A stretch of 36,664 nt of DNA from contig JAWOIB010000015.1 in NCBI GenBank assembly GCA_046484845.1, forward strand, positions 1-36,664. Direction: 5' to 3'. Source of the DNA: a bacterium (GTDB taxonomy: Bacteria > Hydrothermota > Tepidihabitantia > Tepidihabitantales > Tepidihabitantaceae). Both the position numbers and the translations under genes were made by a program. The notes under the pieces are model-generated. The model was not told where the DNA came from. It made no database searches and saw only the letters and a program-made list of their open reading frames with translations. Shown in pieces: positions 32,900 to 36,664 of the stretch (positions are counted from its first letter, which is position 1; every line of letters starts with the position of its first letter).

Positions 32900-35715
32900 C
32901 CTCGCTGCTGCTCGTCCTCGCGCTCGCCGGGCAGGTCCCGGGTTCAATCCCGATTGACCCGGCCCTCCGCTGGTACACCATCGAAACCCCCAGCTTCTCG
33001 GTTCACTTCTCCAGCCCGGACCGCGGTCAGCCCGACTCAAGCTCGGAACAGCTCGCCCGCCGGGTAGCCTTCCTCTGCGAGGAAGCCCACGCGCTGCTTG
33101 TCCCGGTCGCGGGCTGGACGCCCCGGGGCCCGACCGATGTCGTCATCGCCGACTTCTTCGACTACGCCAACGGCTGGGCCGCGCCTCTCCCCCGCAACAC
33201 CATCACCATCATCCCGACCCTGCCCGCGGGCAGTCGCACCGGGTTCGATGACTGGCTCCGCACGCTCATCATCCACGAATACGCCCACACCCTGCAACTG
33301 GACATGGTCCGGGGCGTACCCGGCTTCCTGCGCCGGGTGTTCGGCCGAGTCATCATCACCAACCCGTTGATGCCCTTCTGGCTGATCGAAGGCTGGGCGC
33401 TCAAGGCCGAAACCGACCACACCGGCTACGGCCGCCTCCGCGGCACCGAGTACGACATGATGCTGCGCGCGGCCGCGGACTCCGGCCGGCTGCTGCCGGT
33501 CGACCGAGCCGGCCATTACAGCCTCGAGCAATTCCCCGCCGGCAACGCCCCTTACCTTTACGGCGGTCCGTTCTACCGCTGGGTTGAGAGCGCGCACGGT
33601 GACACCGCCTGGCCCCGCTATCACCGCCGCCGTTCCGGCGGGGTGCCCTTCTTCGAAGAACCCCACGCCCGCCGGCTGTTCGGGCGCGGCTTCCCCGGGC
33701 TCTGGCGCGACTGGCTGACGGACGTCCGACGTCACGCCGACACCGTCGGCCGGAGAATCGAGGCCGACGGCCTCACCCCGCTACTACCGGCCACCGACGA
33801 AGGCTTCGCCACCGGCTCTGCCTGCTGGTCCCGCTCCGGCCGCGAGCTCTACTACTACTCCCGCGACGGCACCGAGTACCCGGCCATCAAGTCCGTCGAG
33901 ACCGCGACCGGCGTGCGCCGGGTGCTTCACCGGGGACCGGTCACCGGCGGGATGAGCCTCTCCCCGGACGGTCGGCGACTGGTCTTCGCCCGGCGCGACA
34001 TCTGGCGCAGCTACTACGAATTTTCCGACCTCTGGACGCTCGACCCGGCCGATGGCTCGGTCGAGCGGCTCACGCACGGACTGCGCGCCACGGACCCGGA
34101 CTGGTCGCCTGACGGCCGGCGCGTCCTGTTCGTCCTCAACCACGGCGCGACCAGCGACCTCTGCCTCCTCGACCTGCGCGACCGCACCGTCGAGAACCTG
34201 ACCAGAACCGCCGACCCGACCGGCTACAGCCGGCCGCGCTTCTCCCCGGACGGCCGGTACATCGCGGTCAGCGTCAACCGGCCGGACGGGCAGAGCGACA
34301 TCGAGGTCCTCGACACCCGCACCGGCTGGACCATCCCGGTCACCAACGACCGGGCGGTGGACCTCGCCCCGGAATGGTCGCCCACCGGCCAGTGGCTCTA
34401 CTACGCCTCGGACCGGTCGGGCGTGTTCAATATCCACGCCTGGTCGCCGGACCGCGACGCCGGCTACCGCTGCACCAACACCCGCTGGGGCCTGTTCGAG
34501 CCGGCGGTCTCGCCCGACAACCGCTACCTCGCGGTGACCGCCTTCGGCCCGCGCGGCAACGACATTGCCCTGGTCCGGCTCGACCCGGAGGCATGGCTGC
34601 CGGATGGCGGTTACGCCGACACTCTGCCGCCCCCGGTCGCACCCGGGCCGGGACTGTCCGACGCCACCCTCTACTACTACAGACCGACCACCTCGCTCGC
34701 CCCCGCACTCTGGTTTCCCCTGCCCGTGCCCACGGCCGACGGCTGGTTCCTCGGCGGCATGACCTTCGGTTGGGACGCGCTCCAGCTTCACCGCTACGCT
34801 CTCGCGGCCGGCTGGCAGACCGGCGACCGGCCCGGGCCCAGGCTCCAAGGTGAGTACCGCTACTCCGGCGTGCGGCCGGAGCTCGCGCTCGAAACGGACC
34901 TCGCGCTCGACCGTCAGGAACTCGGCCTGCTCGCACGGCTGCCCTTCCGCCGCACCCGCAGCGTAACCGTGGTCAGCCTCGGCTCCCGCCTCACGGCCGA
35001 ACACCCTGAAACCGGATCCCTGGCCCGGCTGCGCTGGCTCGCCGGCTTCGGCCGCTCAACCGCACTGCGCTACCGGTTCGGGGTCGCGCCGGTCGAAGGC
35101 GGAACCGCGAACGTCTCGGCCGCGTTCGAGCACCGCTCCGCGCTCGGGGCGCGCAACCGGCTGAGCGTCTTCCATGACTTCCGACACTGGTACCGGCTGC
35201 CGGCCCATGCCTCGCTCCGGGCCCGGGTCGCCTTCGGGGTTTCGCTCGGCGACGCCTCGGCCGACTCCACCTGGCAGCTCCAGCCCGGCCCGGCCGCGCT
35301 CGGGGTGCGCGGGTTCACGAACTCGTCCGACCCCGCGGGCCGCGCCCTGCTCGCGGGCGCGGAATGCCGCCTGCCACTCCTCCACGTCGAGCGAGGCCTC
35401 GGCACCGCACCCCTGTTCCTTTCCAACCTCAACGCGGCCGCGTTCGCGGAAGCGGGCATGCTCTGGAACGGACTGCTCCCGGATGCCACTGAACTGGAAT
35501 CCAGCCGGCTCGGTGCCGGGCTCGAACTCTGCGCCGACCTCATCCTCGGCCACATGGTCCCGGCCCGGCTCACCATCGGGGCCGCGCTCGGCACCCGACC
35601 GGGAGACTGGCGACGGTCGCACCAGCTATACGCCGGAATCGAAAGTTCGATGATTGCTGGTCTGCTCGGCCGCAGTCGCCGGGACCGCGACTTCTTCCCG
35701 GTCCCGGCGCAGTAA
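32896..35715 (+). CDS. Zincin (HEXXH) + PD40/TolB-like beta-propeller + Omp85-type beta-barrel protein (WD40-Omp85-like)
   Basis: Signal peptide; IIHEYAH...WLIEGWA; repeats SPDG/WSPDG/FSPDG/WSPTG/SPDN; barrel motifs VRGF, E.RLPL, F.EAG, GAGLE. Confidence 0.72.
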   Translation: MTSLLLVLALAGQVPGSIPIDPALRWYTIETPSFSVHFSSPDRGQPDSSSEQLARRVAFLCEEAHALLVPVAGWTPRGPTDVVIADFFDYANGWAAPLPRNTITIIPTLPAGSRTGFDDWLRTLIIHEYAHTLQLDMVRGVPGFLRRVFGRVIITNPLMPFWLIEGWALKAETDHTGYGRLRGTEYDMMLRAAADSGRLLPVDRAGHYSLEQFPAGNAPYLYGGPFYRWVESAHGDTAWPRYHRRRSGGVPFFEEPHARRLFGRGFPGLWRDWLTDVRRHADTVGRRIEADGLTPLLPATDEGFATGSACWSRSGRELYYYSRDGTEYPAIKSVETATGVRRVLHRGPVTGGMSLSPDGRRLVFARRDIWRSYYEFSDLWTLDPADGSVERLTHGLRATDPDWSPDGRRVLFVLNHGATSDLCLLDLRDRTVENLTRTADPTGYSRPRFSPDGRYIAVSVNRPDGQSDIEVLDTRTGWTIPVTNDRAVDLAPEWSPTGQWLYYASDRSGVFNIHAWSPDRDAGYRCTNTRWGLFEPAVSPDNRYLAVTAFGPRGNDIALVRLDPEAWLPDGGYADTLPPPVAPGPGLSDATLYYYRPTTSLAPALWFPLPVPTADGWFLGGMTFGWDALQLHRYALAAGWQTGDRPGPRLQGEYRYSGVRPELALETDLALDRQELGLLARLPFRRTRSVTVVSLGSRLTAEHPETGSLARLRWLAGFGRSTALRYRFGVAPVEGGTANVSAAFEHRSALGARNRLSVFHDFRHWYRLPAHASLRARVAFGVSLGDASADSTWQLQPGPAALGVRGFTNSSDPAGRALLAGAECRLPLLHVERGLGTAPLFLSNLNAAAFAEAGMLWNGLLPDATELESSRLGAGLELCADLILGHMVPARLTIGAALGTRPGDWRRSHQLYAGIESSMIAGLLGRSRRDRDFFPVPAQ

Positions 35716-35751
35716 CCCCGGGCCGGCGACTGCCGGCCCGCCGTCAGCCGG

Positions 35752-36072
35752 TTACCTGCCGCAGACCGGGCACTTCTCGTCCACGCCCGCCGGCGCGGCC
35801 GGGTGCTCGCTCGCATCCAGCCCGCCGTTGCTCAAGAGCCGGTGGTACTGCTGGCAAACCCGGGAGTAGCCATCGCGCGGAGACAGACAGGTCTGGAACC
35901 AGAAGAACTCGTACTTGTTCCAATGGGACTTGATCGCCTCGCGCAGGTTACGGTCAGCCTGGCCGACGAGACGGACGTGGCGTGAGTCCTTACCCAGTCC
36001 AAACACCCCGCCTACACGGCAGGGCACGGACATATCCACCTGTAACGGTCTCAGCATATAAGGACCACGCAT
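35752..36072 (-). CDS. Small hypothetical protein resembling a degenerate GIY-YIG fold, with C-terminal C/H/CxxC motif
   Basis: SD AGGAGGT before ATG 36072; GVFGLG...LVGQADRNL...IKSH; C..YH...HP...CPVC. Confidence 0.65.
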   Translation of the reverse strand: MRGPYMLRPLQVDMSVPCRVGGVFGLGKDSRHVRLVGQADRNLREAIKSHWNKYEFFWFQTCLSPRDGYSRVCQQYHRLLSNGGLDASEHPAAPAGVDEKCPVCGR

Positions 36073-36190
36073 TTGACCTCCTACAAACAAAGAAGCGAGA
36101 CGCGCTTCGTCTCGCCCTTGTCTTGTCCGACGCAACCCTGTCGGTTCTCTGTGCCCGGTCGGCACCGCGCGTATCGCGCTAATGTAACCA
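36073..36190 (-). promoter_or_regulatory. Structured 5' leader with a terminator hairpin and U-rich tract before the SD (candidate attenuator/riboswitch)
   Basis: Four hairpins; the last, GCGAGACG/CGTCTCGC, is followed by TTCTTTGTTTGT and then AGGAGG. Promoter TTGACA(36217-36222)-N16-TAGGCT(36195-36200). Confidence 0.5.
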
Positions 36191-36352
36191 ACATAGCCTA
36201 CCCCCTGGGGCCTGGATGTCAACCTGAACGTTGAACTCCCCGGGTGGTGTGCAACCACCAGCCGACCTCCCGTATGGCGCCCCGCCGTGACGCTCACGGC
36301 CAGGGGCAGAGTAACGCCGATCTGTCCGCCGCTACCGCTGGACTATGACCCT

Positions 36353-36664
36353 ATGGACGAAAAGGAACTGTGGGACCAGCACGCGGTCTGGAGACCACTC
36401 CCACAGGAACACCGGGGCCGAAGGAAAGGGCAGCCGACCCTCACCCGCAGTTCCTGCGTGACCGGGGCGTTGACCGGGAGGTTGACCGGGCCTGTTACCG
36501 GGCGGGTGAGCGGGCGGTTTGCCGGGCCGGTGACCGGGCCGGTGAGAGGCTCGATTACCGGCCGGGTGATGCGCCGGATGATATGCCGGGTGACTCGGGG
36601 AATGACCGGCCGGGTCGCTCTCCGGGTTACCGGCCCGATGACCGGGGGGATGACCCGGGGGGTA
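36353..36664 (+). CDS. Partial hypothetical protein with tetrapeptide repeats, running off the window
   Basis: Open frame MDEKELWDQHAVW... continues into [VLIMF]-T-G-[RP] repeats; start uncertain (GTG 36287 is also in frame). Confidence 0.4.
   Translation, partial: MDEKELWDQHAVWRPLPQEHRGRRKGQPTLTRSSCVTGALTGRLTGPVTGRVSGRFAGPVTGPVRGSITGRVMRRMICRVTRGMTGRVALRVTGPMTGGMTRGV
36458..36664 (+). repeat. Degenerate 12-bp tandem repeat, at least 17 units (consensus about GTGACCGGGCGG)
   Basis: 17 full units plus GTA counted in register with no indels up to the window end. Confidence 0.85.

Noticed and set aside
36073-36297. N-terminal extension of the 181-aa ORF 35752-36297
   Set aside because: It runs through a promoter and structured leader; a strong SD supports ATG 36072.
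36458-36664. CRISPR array
   Set aside because: Contiguous degenerate 12-mers without unique spacers; no cas genes.

Overview
High-GC bacterial chromosomal segment, mostly housekeeping genes. Gene order and FlgD-Ig/T9SS-like C-terminal domains suggest an FCB-associated lineage such as WOR-3 (inference). Left to right: a truncated divIVA-like gene, purine nucleoside phosphorylase, bamD, nadD, yajC, def, fmt, a PASTA protein, rpe, ffh, an FG-GAP secreted protein, birA, coaX, tsaB, tRNA-Sec (selC) divergent from xerC, two tandem M14 carboxypeptidases, an orphan sensor kinase, a four-gene operon (two thiolase-like genes lacking the catalytic Cys plus two DUF35 genes, Ltp4/Ltp3-like), a PK_C-like protein, a HIT protein, a stand-alone EF-G, a lipoprotein, fabG, bactofilin, pdp, a PEGA-like protein, fabD, truD, a zincin/TolB-like/Omp85 fusion, a small GIY-YIG-like protein, and a 12-bp tandem repeat at the right edge. 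The most notable observations are: (1) the putative retro-aldolase complex with no steroid genes nearby; (2) a riboswitch/attenuator-like leader upstream of the GIY-YIG-like gene; (3) 12 readable TTGACN/TANNNT promoters, nine with a 16-bp spacer and several apparently leaderless; (4) M14 paralogues with Lys versus Cys at the S1' specificity position; (5) the protease-propeller-Omp85 fusion. No CRISPR array, rRNA or transposase was seen. All family calls come from motif recognition by eye, not database searches.
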